DNA from: an uncultured Nitrososphaeraceae archaeon
GTDB lineage: Archaea > Thermoproteota > Nitrososphaeria > Nitrososphaerales > Nitrososphaeraceae
DNA: 64,000 nt
Direction of reading: 5' to 3'
NCBI GenBank assembly: GCA_963837175.1
Contig: CAWIMJ010000034.1
Span: forward strand, 64,001 to 128,000
Positions 43,101 to 55,037 of the stretch are shown piece after piece. The position numbers were made by a program, and so were the translations under genes. Position 1 is the first letter of the stretch. Each line of letters begins with the position of its first letter. The notes under the pieces are model-generated. The model saw only the letters and a program-made list of their open reading frames with translations. It was not told the origin of the DNA and did no database searches.

Positions 43101-44400
43101 CTTATAGTGATAGGAAGTAGAAAAGATTATGATGCAAAAATATTGCTTGGATTTAGATAACAGCAATATTAATTTTTAGTCATCAATATGTTACATATGC
43201 TTTTCTATTTTGTGAATAATAGGAAAAAGATATGATGCATTGCAAATAATATATTAGTTTTCTATTTTCCTAAATTGTTATTTTGGTTTTCTATATGTTA
43301 TTGAAAAAATAATCCTGCTAGAATGGAGGGCTTTAATTGTCGCTAATAGTTAGTAGATGTTTGTTTGTAATCTTCTAATAGTGTCTGCTTAATCGTTTCA
43401 ACTAAATTGCTGTTCTCTTCTTTATCAGATAATTCACTATTATTATTTTCTGTATCAATTCCAAGAGTATCCAATTCGTTTAGCCACCAGCCCTCCTTTT
43501 CAGCATGTTCTTCGTAGAAGTTATTCTCTTGCATTCAAATACTTCTTTTGCAAAGTATAAAAAAGGTTCTTTCAGGCAAGAGTATAGGTATGACCATGGA
43601 TTATCTAACCAAATCGAATATAAATAAATGCTTTTGGTAGGTTTTATACTAAAATCATAATAATAGAAAAGTTATTCTTCATTTCTTTGCAAAGTTACCT
43701 TCATTTCTGGAATTATCGAATTCTATTACATAAATGATGAAAAAATGGCAAGGAAGTCGTGGGAGTTTTACTTTTAAAAATACTAAAGAAAATATTACTA
43801 TAGAATATATAAAGCCCAACACATTAAAATATGGACTAGAGTGACTTTATAGTCCGAATTATTTCTAATCCTGAAATTGATCAATGTAATAAGCAAGCAA
43901 ACATCAAACAGAGAATATCCATTGAATTAGAAGCCTTAATAGACCATTCTCTGCTAAAATATACAAAAATAATGACATTAGTTCAGACCTTTCTAAATTT
44001 TACGCTATTGTTTAATAGTGAGCAGATTTCAGTTATTTTATTAATTTCTTCTGAATCATCTCCATCTGTAAGGGGCTTTTTAATAGTAGAATCTTCTTTG
44101 CTGCCACCGAAGCCAAAAGGCATATTGAATATAGCTTTAGGAAGGTTTATCTGATATACACCAACTCATATTGTCATAGCAAAAGGAAAAACTAAAAGTT
44201 AAGTCATCTGACCCTTCTATATACAAGGAACATAAACCAACGGATACATACCCATCTTTTCCCTGTTTTACTATCTATCATTGCCTTACTATCGACATTC
44301 TTAGGTAAAGACAATCAAAGCGATTTAGTAATAGCCTGTGATGATGAATGGACCGTTAAGGATCAATAAACCAATAAACCAATCAATCTTCCTTTCCAAC

Positions 44401-44631
44401 CTATTCAAAGAGCTTTGGCAGTAGCTTATAATGATGAAATATAATAGACATAAAAATAGTGTGTATTCTAATATATTTGGCAGAATAAGAGCATGCAGAG
44501 TTATACAAATGGGAAATAGCAAACATATCAACAAATATCTTCCTCTCTGATTTGTCAGAGTTTCTAAATGACTTCCATTCATTTTGTTCTATCCTACTAG
44601 CTATTCTAAATGATGGAATTGTTCTGCCCAT
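44401..44631 (-). CDS. Small conserved archaeal protein (MGRTIPSFR family, often PolB2-operon associated)
   Basis: MGRTIPSFR...WK.FR...F..MF...SACS pattern, recognised from memory. Confidence 0.5.
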   Translation of the reverse strand: MGRTIPSFRIASRIEQNEWKSFRNSDKSERKIFVDMFAISHLYNSACSYSAKYIRIHTIFMSIIFHHYKLLPKLFE

Positions 44632-44829
44632 AGAAATATTATTACATTATTAGAGATTAGAGGCTAATAAAATACATGAAACAAAAATAGAGATATTTTC
44701 CCAACATTCTATATAGACCACAATAAGACCAATTAATTTTAATCAAAATCAATCCAGCTAGAAGCAGAAGAACAGTTTGAGCAACTATTGTTTAGTCGTT
44801 TGTTTCCTTATTTCTTATTTTATCTATCT

Positions 44830-45789
44830 TTATCTTTTTAGATATAGATAATTGCTATTTGTATCATATCCAATGTCTGCCATTGTCGATACCTTAAAGC
44901 CATTATCATGTAAATATTTAATTTCTTTTTCAAATAGATCTATAGTGGTAGAATAAGCATCTGCATCACCTTCTCCGCTATTCTCTATTTTATGCCATAT
45001 AACTATAGGAATTGCGTCTATTGTACCACCTGTGTTATACATAGATGCGCTATTGACTACTTCAACGAATCTATTGAACATTTCAGAATCATCATATGAA
45101 TTCTCTTTTCTATCATTGTCGTGACTCCAACCTATAATAGAGTACCTGTTTACAAAATTGAGTTTACCATCATCGGAATACGTTCTACAATCAGTTTGAC
45201 TCGATTCATCTTTAAAGCCATCACAATGTAAGTACATTAGTGGCTCAGTCCCAGTTCTAGCTATATCATAATATTTAGCAACTACATCGATTACTGACGC
45301 CTCATCAGATCCTCCATTAAAAGGATATGCAAAGCTTGTAGTATTAATGCCGTGATCAAGAAGACATTGTTTTGACTGACCAACTTCAAAGTTTACCATC
45401 TTTTCTGACAGTTGAGAAAGATCTTTATGATCCATGCTATGAGATCCTATATCATATCCTTCTTTGTATAGTGCCATTATATCTTCCCAAGTAAGATATC
45501 CATTATCTCCTACATCATTGCAGATTATATCGAAAGTAGCTTTATATCCGTACTTGTCTAGAATTGGCTTAGCATTAGTATATTGGCTCTTGGGCCCATC
45601 ATCAAAGGTTAAAATTACTGCTTTATTATTGGCATTATTAATATTACTACTGCGAACGGAAGGAAAAGACTGGCTATAGATTTTATTTGGCATTGAAATA
45701 GCAGCACTGGTTAGAAGTGTTATTAAAGCGATAGAAATAATAAATTTACATCTAAAGTTGCTTGTATTTTTTAGCACTACTATCAACAA
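44830..45789 (-). CDS. Secreted polysaccharide deacetylase (NodB homology)
   Basis: LTFDDG, GSHSMDH, FAYPF and signal-like N-terminus. Confidence 0.9.
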   Translation of the reverse strand: MLIVVLKNTSNFRCKFIISIALITLLTSAAISMPNKIYSQSFPSVRSSNINNANNKAVILTFDDGPKSQYTNAKPILDKYGYKATFDIICNDVGDNGYLTWEDIMALYKEGYDIGSHSMDHKDLSQLSEKMVNFEVGQSKQCLLDHGINTTSFAYPFNGGSDEASVIDVVAKYYDIARTGTEPLMYLHCDGFKDESSQTDCRTYSDDGKLNFVNRYSIIGWSHDNDRKENSYDDSEMFNRFVEVVNSASMYNTGGTIDAIPIVIWHKIENSGEGDADAYSTTIDLFEKEIKYLHDNGFKVSTMADIGYDTNSNYLYLKR

Positions 45790-45971
45790 AAATTTGTAGA
45801 AGTATGTATATATAATTTTATTGAATAATTGCTGTATGATAACATGAGTGGTAAAATAGAGTCAAATCTGTCCTGCATCCCTCAGAACCTGCTAACTATA
45901 CTGGTCCTTATACAGTAGAGAATAGAGTAATTATTGCTAGTATATTGAAGAAAGGAGTGAATAATTAAAAC

Positions 45972-46260
45972 ATGGCAATGAAATTTTCTACAACATTAAG
46001 TCATATTATACTAACTAACAAAAGTTCGTTTACAGATTTTTCTTAATATGTAAGGTTTACTATGCTTAAAAAAGCCATTTTCTTGCTTTTAAAAGATATA
46101 CGAAATTATGTTAGGCAGTATACAACTGTACCTAATCCTATCAATTCTAACATAATTACTGAATTTTATCATTATATGAAGAGTATTGGAACTTCCGAAA
46201 CTATCAGAATCAAAATCTCAAAGCAATCATTGTTTATGCAAAGTTTCTAAGGGCTGAAAT
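45972..46260 (+). pseudogene. Integrase 5' stub interrupted by the 112-bp MITE
   Basis: MAMKFSTTLSHI|TTVPNPINSNIITEFYHYMKSIGTSE, homologous to the 38617 stub. Confidence 0.6.
46009..46120. mobile_element. 112-bp MITE, copy 2
   Basis: TA at 46007-46008 and 46121-46122. The empty site is visible in the paralog at about 43060. Confidence 0.9.
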
Positions 46261-46336
46261 ACTGAGATGAGGGAATACCCGTATATACATATATAATAAT
46301 GTATATATCTAAGCCAAGAAATTATAAGAAGCAAAA

Positions 46337-46525
46337 ATGGCAACACCAGCAGGAACGGTACAAATGGAAAGGAAGTCTATCAACTCTCCTGATGAAATAA
46401 GGACATTTGATAAAGGCAAAGTTGAATTAACAACTTTTACTAATGGTACAACGATTGGCAGAATAACGCTTGAACCAGGATGGAGTTGGGAAAAATGTGT
46501 CAAACCAAAATTGTATAATGACTAG
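46337..46525 (+). pseudogene. Truncated cupin-domain protein
   Basis: SPDEIRTFDKGKVEL...LEPGWSWEKCVKP, then premature end. Confidence 0.7.
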
Positions 46526-46577
46526 AATATAATTAAGTCATCAAACTCATAAATAATTTGATATATAAAATTCTCTA

Positions 46578-47150
46578 ATGAGTTCAACTAATGATGCAAA
46601 CGTCAGAAATTCATCGCCATCGTCACATGTAAACATAAGAGAAGATTATTCAACAGAACCAAGTAATAATTATTCTATCTCTAAATCAAATATTCCTTCT
46701 TATACTAAGATTTTAGTACCGCATGATGGAAAAGAAATGTCAGATAAAGCACTTAGTCATGCAATCTATATATCAAATCTTTCTGGAGCAGAAATTGTCA
46801 TTTTGCGTATAATAGAAGATATTGACAAGTTAGGAGATACTTCTGTTAATATATCGCAAAATAAAGCAATAGACAATCAAAAGGGTTTTGAACACAATAT
46901 TCAAGGGGAATTAGTAAACACTATGGAACAAAAAATAAAAAAATGCGTAGAAGCCGGTAACAAGAATAAGATATCCTACGAAATCAAGGCAGGACGTGTG
47001 GTGGATGAGATAGTAAAGGCATGCGAAGAAAATAACTATGATTTAATAGTTATGACAACTTCACATCTTGATTCCTGGGTAAGATCTTTATTTAGTGAAA
47101 CTAGAAAAATATTAAGCAACCTAAATACACCTGTGCTTATAATACAATAA
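46578..47150 (+). CDS. Universal stress protein (UspA family)
   Basis: KILVPHDG..SDKAL, DLIVM and PVLII. Confidence 0.9.
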   Translation: MSSTNDANVRNSSPSSHVNIREDYSTEPSNNYSISKSNIPSYTKILVPHDGKEMSDKALSHAIYISNLSGAEIVILRIIEDIDKLGDTSVNISQNKAIDNQKGFEHNIQGELVNTMEQKIKKCVEAGNKNKISYEIKAGRVVDEIVKACEENNYDLIVMTTSHLDSWVRSLFSETRKILSNLNTPVLIIQ

Positions 47151-47391
47151 TTAAAAATTGTATATAATCATAAAAAGATAATAATATTTAGTAGACATCA
47201 TTAGAAGAAGAAATAAAGGCAATAGTATAAAAAAAAGGAGTCATATTAGCATTTGAAGATGAAACTACAATAACACAAAAGCCATTATCATAAAATCCAT
47301 GAGCTTTGAAGGAGAACAACATAAGATAAAACACAATGGTAGCAGGAAGAAGTTCTCTGCATACATATCTATGCTATGGCCAGATCAGAAG

Positions 47392-47679
47392 TTAATGTAT
47401 GACTTCTACGACGTTATGAACTCTAATAACACCATAGATCATCTGGAGAATCAACATGCTAATTCGTGCTATATCATCTAGACGCAGATCTTTTATGTCA
47501 TTATCTAAATCTATTAACATTTTATCTGCAACTAAAGGATTGTGTTCTCTGACTAAACGTCCATTATTTTCATTCACTAACTTTGCTCTTTTTTCAACAT
47601 CCATTAGTGATGAAGGCAATTGTTGTTGAAATAATCCTGCTGCCAATGAATAAGCAGTAAGCATATTAGAATCTGACAT
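47392..47679 (-). CDS. Hypothetical protein
   Basis: ATG-started 95-aa ORF, no motif recognised. Confidence 0.4.
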   Translation of the reverse strand: MSDSNMLTAYSLAAGLFQQQLPSSLMDVEKRAKLVNENNGRLVREHNPLVADKMLIDLDNDIKDLRLDDIARISMLILQMIYGVIRVHNVVEVIH

Positions 47680-47771
47680 ATCGTACTCTTAACCGCAGGA
47701 GATTATGACACTTTTCTTTTGCATTTCTCTAATACGCAGATGGCTTAAAGGTTGAGAACTATGAGTAAATA

Positions 47772-48446
47772 TCATCTATTCTTCCTAATTAGATCTTGTT
47801 TCATTTGTTTGAATTCTTCTTCTGTTAGTATTCCTTCTTCTTTTAGCTTTGCAAGTTTTCTTATTTCGTCGGCAATTGATACTGATTGATTGGGAGGTAC
47901 AGTATACTCTTTGGATTCAAGTAATTCAGAGGAGGGTTTTTGTTTTTTTGAGGGTGCTGATTTAGCGCCGCTATCTTCATGCATTCCTGAACGAATTATT
48001 TCTAACAAATCTTCTGCCTTATCCTTTGGAATAGCTTCAATTACTCCACCTTGATCATCTTCACCATCAACTATACTGTCCATCATTCCCAGTCTGGTTG
48101 AGCTCATTAATGCTGGAGCTTTGAATCTAATTGTAGAGGATAATAATCCTTTTTCTAGTTTTATACTTGTAATTATATCATATGGAATATCTATTACATT
48201 TTCTTTTATTCCAAGCATATATGGATCTCTAATAATGATTCTTCTATCTGTTGCATAGATGATATTTGGTGTGAAATGAGAACCACCTGGTTTGATCCTT
48301 GACTGTCTAGCTACAAGTAATACTCTTTCATCTGGATTTAACATTTCAGTTATTTTACTAATTTCATCCAAGTCGTCGGCATCAATTAGATGTGTATTAA
48401 AAAGCGGTTCTTTCTCTCTTTTATTGCTGCCAAAGCCAAAAGGCAT
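47772..48446 (-). CDS. Bacterial-type PH domain plus SHOCT protein
   Basis: ATDRRIII...IPYDIITSI and C-terminal DEIRKLAKLKEEGILTEEEFKQMK. Confidence 0.85.
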   Translation of the reverse strand: MPFGFGSNKREKEPLFNTHLIDADDLDEISKITEMLNPDERVLLVARQSRIKPGGSHFTPNIIYATDRRIIIRDPYMLGIKENVIDIPYDIITSIKLEKGLLSSTIRFKAPALMSSTRLGMMDSIVDGEDDQGGVIEAIPKDKAEDLLEIIRSGMHEDSGAKSAPSKKQKPSSELLESKEYTVPPNQSVSIADEIRKLAKLKEEGILTEEEFKQMKQDLIRKNR

Positions 48447-48505
48447 TTAGAATTAGTTTCACAAAGCATATTTAAGAAGTATGCTGTATTGGGATAAGAT
48501 AATTA

Positions 48506-50123
48506 ATGTTAAACAGAATTTGTTTACTATTTGTATTAACATTCATTGTCTTGGTTTCACTTGGATATTTTGATACTATTTTTGCTGTGCAAGAAGATTC
48601 AGCCTTATTAAACGTAAATGCTGCGGATGTTGTTGGCATGGAGGTAAGAAATAACAATAACTGGATTTCGATCAATCATGATTTATACGGTACCAGAAGT
48701 AGTAATCAAACAATAATTGGAAAGGATAATGTGGGCACCTTGCAGCTTAAATGGAGACTGCCTAATGATTTTGAAATACAAGATCCACCAATAATCATAG
48801 ACAACAAAGGTTATGTACAAGATTATGTAGGCAATGTTTTTGCTTTTGAGACTAAAACTGGACATATGATATGGAAGATGAGTACAGGTGGTGGACCAAC
48901 AATGGGTTTGGCGTATGATTCTGGAATGATATTTGCAAGCACAGCAACTAATGCTACTATTGTATCGCTTAATGCTACAGACGGTAGGATAATATGGCGA
49001 TCAGAAGTCTTAGGTGATCCTAAAGTAGGCTATAGCATTGATGCTGCCTCCCATTGTATGGAAAGGTTATGTAATAGCAGGTTCAGGAGGCAGCGGTCTT
49101 CCTCCAGGTCCAGGATTAGTAAAAGGGAATATTACAGCACTCAATAGTACTAATGGTAAAATAATATGGAATTTGCAAACTACAACAGGAGAGTGGGTTG
49201 AACCAGGAAAGACTCCTCCAAATGGTGGAGCAACAGCTTGGTCTGGTGGTTCACTGGATTCAGACACTGGAATTATATACATACCACTTGGAAGTGCATC
49301 ACCAAACTTTAATGCAACTACAAGACAAACACCAAATTTATACTCAAATCATATGATAGCAGTAAACATCACTAATGGAAAAATTGTATGGGCTACTCCA
49401 TTTATAGCACATGGTACTGTTTTAGATGTTCAAGTTCCAGATACTCATGATTGGGATACTTCGTGGGGAAGTAGCATTACTAAAGTTACATTAGATAATG
49501 GTACACAAAAGAAAATAGTCATAGGTCATGACAAGATGGGAAATCTAATCGCAATGGATGCATTGACAGGAGAAGAGATTTGGTGGAAAACTCTGGGAAA
49601 GCAATATCGGACAGATGTAATTCCTTTGCCCAACGGTAGTGGTATGGTATGGTCCTATGGTGTGTATAATTATCACGCAGTAGATAATGATACTCTTTAC
49701 GTTTCAGCTACAAATAGAGGATTAAACTTTTTCACAGATGGAATAAGTGGTCATAGAGAGGCAGTTTCTAATAGTATTGAGCAAGGATTAGTGAATGGAA
49801 CTATAATGGCATTAGATTTAAGGACAGGGGAAATTAAGTGGCAATACCAGACAGAATTTCCACCAAGGGTCTCACCATTAGTCACTTATGATATAGTCTT
49901 TGCTGGTTATATTCCATTTGCAAAAAAATTAAAATCAGGAGTCATTTTGGCATTGGATAAAGAAACAGGAACAAAACTATGGGAATTTGATGTAAATGCA
50001 GAAATAGCACCAGTTGGGCCGTCGATAGGAGATGGAATGCTTTTTGTACCAACTGGTAAAATTCAGGGTTTGCCCAAGAAAGAAGCTATACAAGGGTCTA
50101 TAGTTGCATTTGGACTCTCTTGA
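48506..50123 (+). pseudogene. PQQ-binding beta-propeller protein, frameshifted near 49045
   Basis: Repeated ALD..TG...W motifs and PDTHDWD across two overlapping ORFs. Confidence 0.85.
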
Positions 50124-50714
50124 GAAATTTTGTCCGCATATATTCAAACAGCTTTAGTATAATTTCTCAATAGCAGATATGGAAACTGGTGCTGATGATG
50201 GCTTACTCTATGTATTAACCTCTGATCCGGAAACATATGGACAAACATACTTCTTTAAGGTCTTTTATCTCCTTCATATAGATCAAATGTTTCTGACTTG
50301 TATACTACTGTTACTTTTACCTCCTCTCCTCAATATCCTTTAACACCTGCAACTGTAACAAGTACTTGAATTGTCCTTCTGCCGCAGTGTCGCTATAGTC
50401 AATTGTAGCTGATGCTATACTACCTATTAATGCTAATGCCATTGATGATACTGCTAAGAGGAACGCTATAACAATGGTTATTTTTCTGTTAATATTAAAG
50501 TTATTCTAAGGATAAGATGCCACTGACATTTATGATTGTCATATTAAAGCATTCATTTCATTCTTTTCAATGCAAATCTAGGTGTGATCAAATGAGAGTG
50601 TTTTACGAAGGTTTCTGTTTAGAAGGTATCAGATGAGATCAGATAGTGAACATGGTATCAACAAAATGTAAGTCTTATAAACATGAACCATTTAAGATGT
50701 AGGAAAAAATAACA

Positions 50715-50830
50715 TTGACCATCAGTGAAGAAAGAAAAAAGCGTGTTATCGACCTTTACTATAATCAGGGAAAGACTACACGTGAAATAGCAAAGATAGA
50801 AAGGATGTCAATTTGCGACATCCTGCTATC
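50715..50830 (+). pseudogene. 5' stub of the HTH coiled-coil family (paralog 3)
   Basis: RKKRVIDLYYNQGKTTREIAKIERMS. Confidence 0.6.
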
Positions 50831-51046
50831 CTAAATGAAGAAGGTGATCCACAAGAAGATATATCAGAGGGAGTGAAGATGACTGATAAAATCTGTATAA
50901 CTAGAATTGACATAAAGGGGGATTAAGATTACTCCTAACTTCTATCTTTATCACTAATTAAAAATGATGCTTATCAAAATCGTTCTATTTATAAATCAAT
51001 TTTTTAAATATCTTAAACTGCTATTAAGAACTAGTATTAATAGGAT

Positions 51047-51391
51047 ATGAAGCAAATACAAATTATTATACCTGATAGAGGATTTATCTATGTAAATAAT
51101 ATACTCAAAGAAGCAAAGGTTGGTGGTCTAAGTCATTATAAAATAGAAGGAAGAGGTGGAGGAACACATGCAAAAGAAGTTGCTGTTGGAAGAGGTACAA
51201 TGAGATATACTCCAGAATTTATTCCAAGAACAAAGGTAGAAGTGGTAGTTAAAGATGAACAGGTTGAAGCAATTATAACTAAAATAGGAGATGAATTATC
51301 TGCTGCTAACATAGACGGAAAGATTTTTGTTATTGACGTGCCAATTGCTGTTGATATTGCGACCAAGAACAGAGGAGAGATAGTTATCTAG
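51047..51391 (+). CDS. PII-family nitrogen regulatory protein (GlnB/GlnK-like)
   Basis: GRG, T-loop RYTPEFIPRTKVEVVV and DGKIFVIDV..AVDI.T..RG. Confidence 0.9.
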   Translation: MKQIQIIIPDRGFIYVNNILKEAKVGGLSHYKIEGRGGGTHAKEVAVGRGTMRYTPEFIPRTKVEVVVKDEQVEAIITKIGDELSAANIDGKIFVIDVPIAVDIATKNRGEIVI

Positions 51392-51621
51392 TAGTGGTAA
51401 TAATCATTCCATTCATCTTTAACTTTTTCTTCTATTTTCTTGTACATTCCAATAGGACCAGTATGAATAAGCATTGGCTGTTCATCGTCAATTAAGAACT
51501 GATTGAATGTAATTCCAAATGTGCTATTATATCCAGAAATTCTGTATATTCCATCATTTATCTCTTCAATTTTAACATCAATATCCTTTGGGCTATAATT
51601 AGTCCGGCTTATATGTGGCAT
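51388..51621 (-). pseudogene. Truncated metallo-beta-lactamase-fold (FprA-like) protein
   Basis: EINDGIYRI...GITFNQFLIDDEQPMLIHTG, then premature end. Confidence 0.7.
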
Positions 51622-51659
51622 GTATCGGATTAATGTTTGAAATGGTATTAGATAAAGAT

Positions 51660-51769
51660 AAGTTTATTCTTGTTAATAATGTTTATACAGAGCACTGCAA
51701 TTAGACATATCAAATTCACTACAATGATTATATCAAGAAGGGCATGATCAGTGTTAAGTTAAGACAGCC
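51660..51769 (+). mobile_element. IS6 3'-end remnant
   Basis: Matches the reverse complement of about 32654-32750 and ends TTAAGTTAAGACAGCC. Confidence 0.75.
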
Positions 51770-51854
51770 GAAAGAATTAACATTAGCTTTACTGTTTACC
51801 ATCACTTCCTACTTAAAAATAAAATATTACAAAAGAAAGAAAAAAAAATATTAT

Positions 51855-52367
51855 TTATTGTATTTTTGTTGCATGTAAATATAATAAGGTAGATTGTCCA
51901 AAATACAAAGTGCCATTGGTAACCTGGTATTTATAAATAGGACTAAACAAGGCGTTTCCTCCTATGCCTATCGTGCCAGCATTAATCTGTTCAGTTCTAT
52001 TTCCTTCCTCATGCATCTCATTAACTTTTAAATCCATTCTAACATCATAAGTAGTAGATTCAGAAGTTCCATTTACATTTAACTTACCATCAACTGTATA
52101 TTCTCCGCTAATAAGATCAGGAGAAAGTTGTCCATCATCAAAAGTATAAGTACATGTATTTGAAGGACATATGCGATTATCATTTGTAGTAAAATTAAAT
52201 GTAACCATGTCATAAACTACATCATCATACAGAAATTCATTTTTTTGGCGCATAAAGTCTGCTTTCATGTCTAATTCTTGTCCAAAAGCCATATGAATAG
52301 AATAATTGAAGATAACAGGCATAGTAGAAATTAATGATACAGCTAACAACATCGCATAACTTGACAT
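51855..52367 (-). CDS. Secreted hypothetical protein
   Basis: Signal-like N-terminus, CPSNTC and a beta-rich body. Confidence 0.65.
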   Translation of the reverse strand: MSSYAMLLAVSLISTMPVIFNYSIHMAFGQELDMKADFMRQKNEFLYDDVVYDMVTFNFTTNDNRICPSNTCTYTFDDGQLSPDLISGEYTVDGKLNVNGTSESTTYDVRMDLKVNEMHEEGNRTEQINAGTIGIGGNALFSPIYKYQVTNGTLYFGQSTLLYLHATKIQ

Positions 52368-52788
52368 GTTATAATTAAAAGATAATTAATATAAATACCT
52401 ACTATCTACTGTCATCGTTCTCTATTTAATCTATGAATATAAGCTGAGCGATCAAATTGAATCAATTCTGTCCGGCATTGCACCCTTAAATGATAAATAT
52501 CTGCAATTAGTATATCTCAATTTAAAGCGGGAATATATAACTTACTCTATATAGTAAATGTTAAAGATATCGAAAATGTTACACCAGCTCATATCGATGC
52601 CGGTAAAGTGAGAAATAACCTGTAGAGATTGTATACAACAGCTCGCTTCAAACAGGATAATCTGTATTTAATAGACTATTATTATTGGTCATATCTATAG
52701 TGCTAATTCGTTTAGTCCACGAGGTATACGTGTTCATATAATTGCAATCAATAATACACAATCATCATTTTGGAGGAATATCAAACAA

Positions 52789-52880
52789 ATGCCAGTTAGA
52801 TTATGAACTACTACAACAGTTAGTAAAATTTCTTCATTGCCTAACTCTACTAATGCAACTTTAATGACCGAATTTTACCG
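52789..52880 (+). pseudogene. Integrase 5' stub
   Basis: ATGCCAGTTAGATT...ACCGAATTTTA matches the 38617 stub, including the upstream region. Confidence 0.6.
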
Positions 52881-53001
52881 TGTAATAAAAGATTCAGTAG
52901 CTTAATAGTATAGAATTAAATTGAATACTTGCATTACTTCATTTTTTTATCATTTTTATCATTTTTATTGACAGTGAATTTATTTATTAGGAAAGAGTCA
53001 T

Positions 53002-53463
53002 ATGGACATGACAAAAACCACAAAAAGGCTATCGTCTATGTCTAAAAGAAGAAGAACACTAGTAACTCGTGATGATATCAATATGTTATTAAAATTGGCT
53101 GAACTTTACAATACCAATTATGATTTTGAAGCTACAGAATGGTTTTGGAAAGAGTTTAAAGAAACAACAACCTTTGAAGAATTTAGAAACAAGTATTCGC
53201 AAGGAAGTAAAGGAGCTCAATTATTTGAAAGGTTTACTTCAAAATTTGAATTAGCAGGAATATTGATAGAATATGGTTTTCTTGATGAAAATCTATATTT
53301 TGATAGATATGGTGCGGTACAAACAGAATGGGAAAACACAAAGTTGGTCATTTATGACATAAGAAAAGAGTGGAATGATCCCAGGTTTAGAGAGTACTTT
53401 GAATTACTTGCAATTAGAGGAAGCAAATGGTTAGAAAGTCATCCTCCTAAAATTAAAGTATAA
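53002..53463 (+). CDS. Hypothetical protein (DUF4760-like)
   Basis: FELAGILIEYGFLDE...W......I...R.......FREYFELL. Confidence 0.55.
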   Translation: MDMTKTTKRLSSMSKRRRTLVTRDDINMLLKLAELYNTNYDFEATEWFWKEFKETTTFEEFRNKYSQGSKGAQLFERFTSKFELAGILIEYGFLDENLYFDRYGAVQTEWENTKLVIYDIRKEWNDPRFREYFELLAIRGSKWLESHPPKIKV

Positions 53464-53975
53464 TGATGAGATGGAGATGTATAGGGTGTTTCATAAAAAA
53501 GCCTATTGCAATAGATTATTTGATAAAGAGAATAATGGCAGAGTTAGAGAGAGTAGTAGTAGTAGTAGTAGTAGTAGCAATAGCAATAATAATGGTTTGG
53601 AGAGGAATGGAATGCGCACCTTTTCTCATAAGGAAGTGATCTGGTTAAAGAGAACATATCCTGTATTAGATATTAGAAAGGCTAAAGCTTGGCTACAACA
53701 TTCACATATAGGAAAGGTCAATATTATTGTCGTTGATATGTCCTCGCTCTATGATTTCTGTGTGTCTTCCTTATTCTTCTTTGAGTAGTAAAGTTCATTC
53801 AATACATCACGTAAGATTTCTTTTATATTTCTAATGCTGTCACTTCTTCTTCCATCCTATATCATCATTGCCGCAGTCATCGTAATCTACATTTCCAACA
53901 CGATCGAATAAAATTGGTGCCTACAAAGTATAAGAGCCAGAACTGAATAAGATCCAATGTCTTAGAGTAATTCAC

Positions 53976-54764
53976 TTAAGAGACTACCTTAATATTCCAC
54001 TTAGCAACATCATTTTCGACAGGTTGGTTAGCTTGAAGCGGTTTTCGTATTACATGCAGTTCTATCGTATGATCTCCAACCGGCAATGGTTTGAAGAACA
54101 GATAATAATTTTCAGCCATTGATGTATTATTTCCACCAACAATAGGCGCTTTCCACTCATAAGGATTATCTGGAGGTACAATAAAATTGAATGGTTTAGA
54201 AGTAGTTTGACGGACAATATTAGATGAAACATCCTGGCCGTCAACCTTGACTTGCATCAATTTAATCCCTTCGTTTGCATCTTGTGCGCAATTTAAAAGA
54301 CCAGCAGGGGACTTTGTATCCGGATACTCGCCTTCATGAGGTTTTGATCCTGTAGAACATTCACCTGGATATACAGTCAAGTAGAGTAGTTGACTAGATG
54401 ATATTTCACATTTTTGGTTTCTTGCATTCACGTTTTGTGCTACCGCAAAGGAGGGATTTCCCAAAAAGACTACGGATTGGTTATTACCTATGACTCCACC
54501 ATCTCCTTTAATACATTGAGGCCAATTTTCATCAACAGTAATAGGGATGGTAACCTCCCAATTCCACCACTTTGCTATTAGAGGTTCAAGCGATTTAACT
54601 CCAGCTGGCGGAGAATTAGGAGAATAAAAATCAATACCAGATGGAATAGCATACAAGTTTGAAGGACTACTACTAGTAATAATAAGGATGGTTGTCATTA
54701 ATAGAGTTAATAATATTATCTTCCGAATGTCTAATCTTATGCTATGAAGAGATAATGAATGCAT
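53976..54764 (-). CDS. Secreted hypothetical protein
   Basis: Signal-like segment, KWWNW and YYLFFKPLPVGDHTI. Confidence 0.7.
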   Translation of the reverse strand: MHSLSLHSIRLDIRKIILLTLLMTTILIITSSSPSNLYAIPSGIDFYSPNSPPAGVKSLEPLIAKWWNWEVTIPITVDENWPQCIKGDGGVIGNNQSVVFLGNPSFAVAQNVNARNQKCEISSSQLLYLTVYPGECSTGSKPHEGEYPDTKSPAGLLNCAQDANEGIKLMQVKVDGQDVSSNIVRQTTSKPFNFIVPPDNPYEWKAPIVGGNNTSMAENYYLFFKPLPVGDHTIELHVIRKPLQANQPVENDVAKWNIKVVS

Positions 54765-55037
54765 CAGTTTAACACTATTGATGTTTGGAAACTAATTGAT
54801 AAGCTTTTTGTAACTAACTCTAGGACTAAATAATATGAGATATATTTGTTAATTTATTGCGGTAATTTGCCAGCATTGAAGGTTGGAGATAATTTCATTC
54901 TTAGCAGATTGATTGTAGTCACAATCATATAAGACCTGATTGAACAGAATTTTCATATGTTCCAGCTATTGAAAATATTAACTCATAGGTTGGCGTTTTA
55001 TTCGTAATGTTACTTAGAATATTTACCAAATTCAGCA

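Noticed and set aside
46062-46250. 62-aa ORF (and 61173-61391)
   Set aside because: These start inside the 112-bp MITE and run into gene remnants, so they are not independent genes.
53551-53592. (AGT)n tract, and the (TA)n tract near 56658-56685, as phase-variation switches
   Set aside because: No link to a recognisable gene or promoter. Such tracts are common in this AT-rich DNA.
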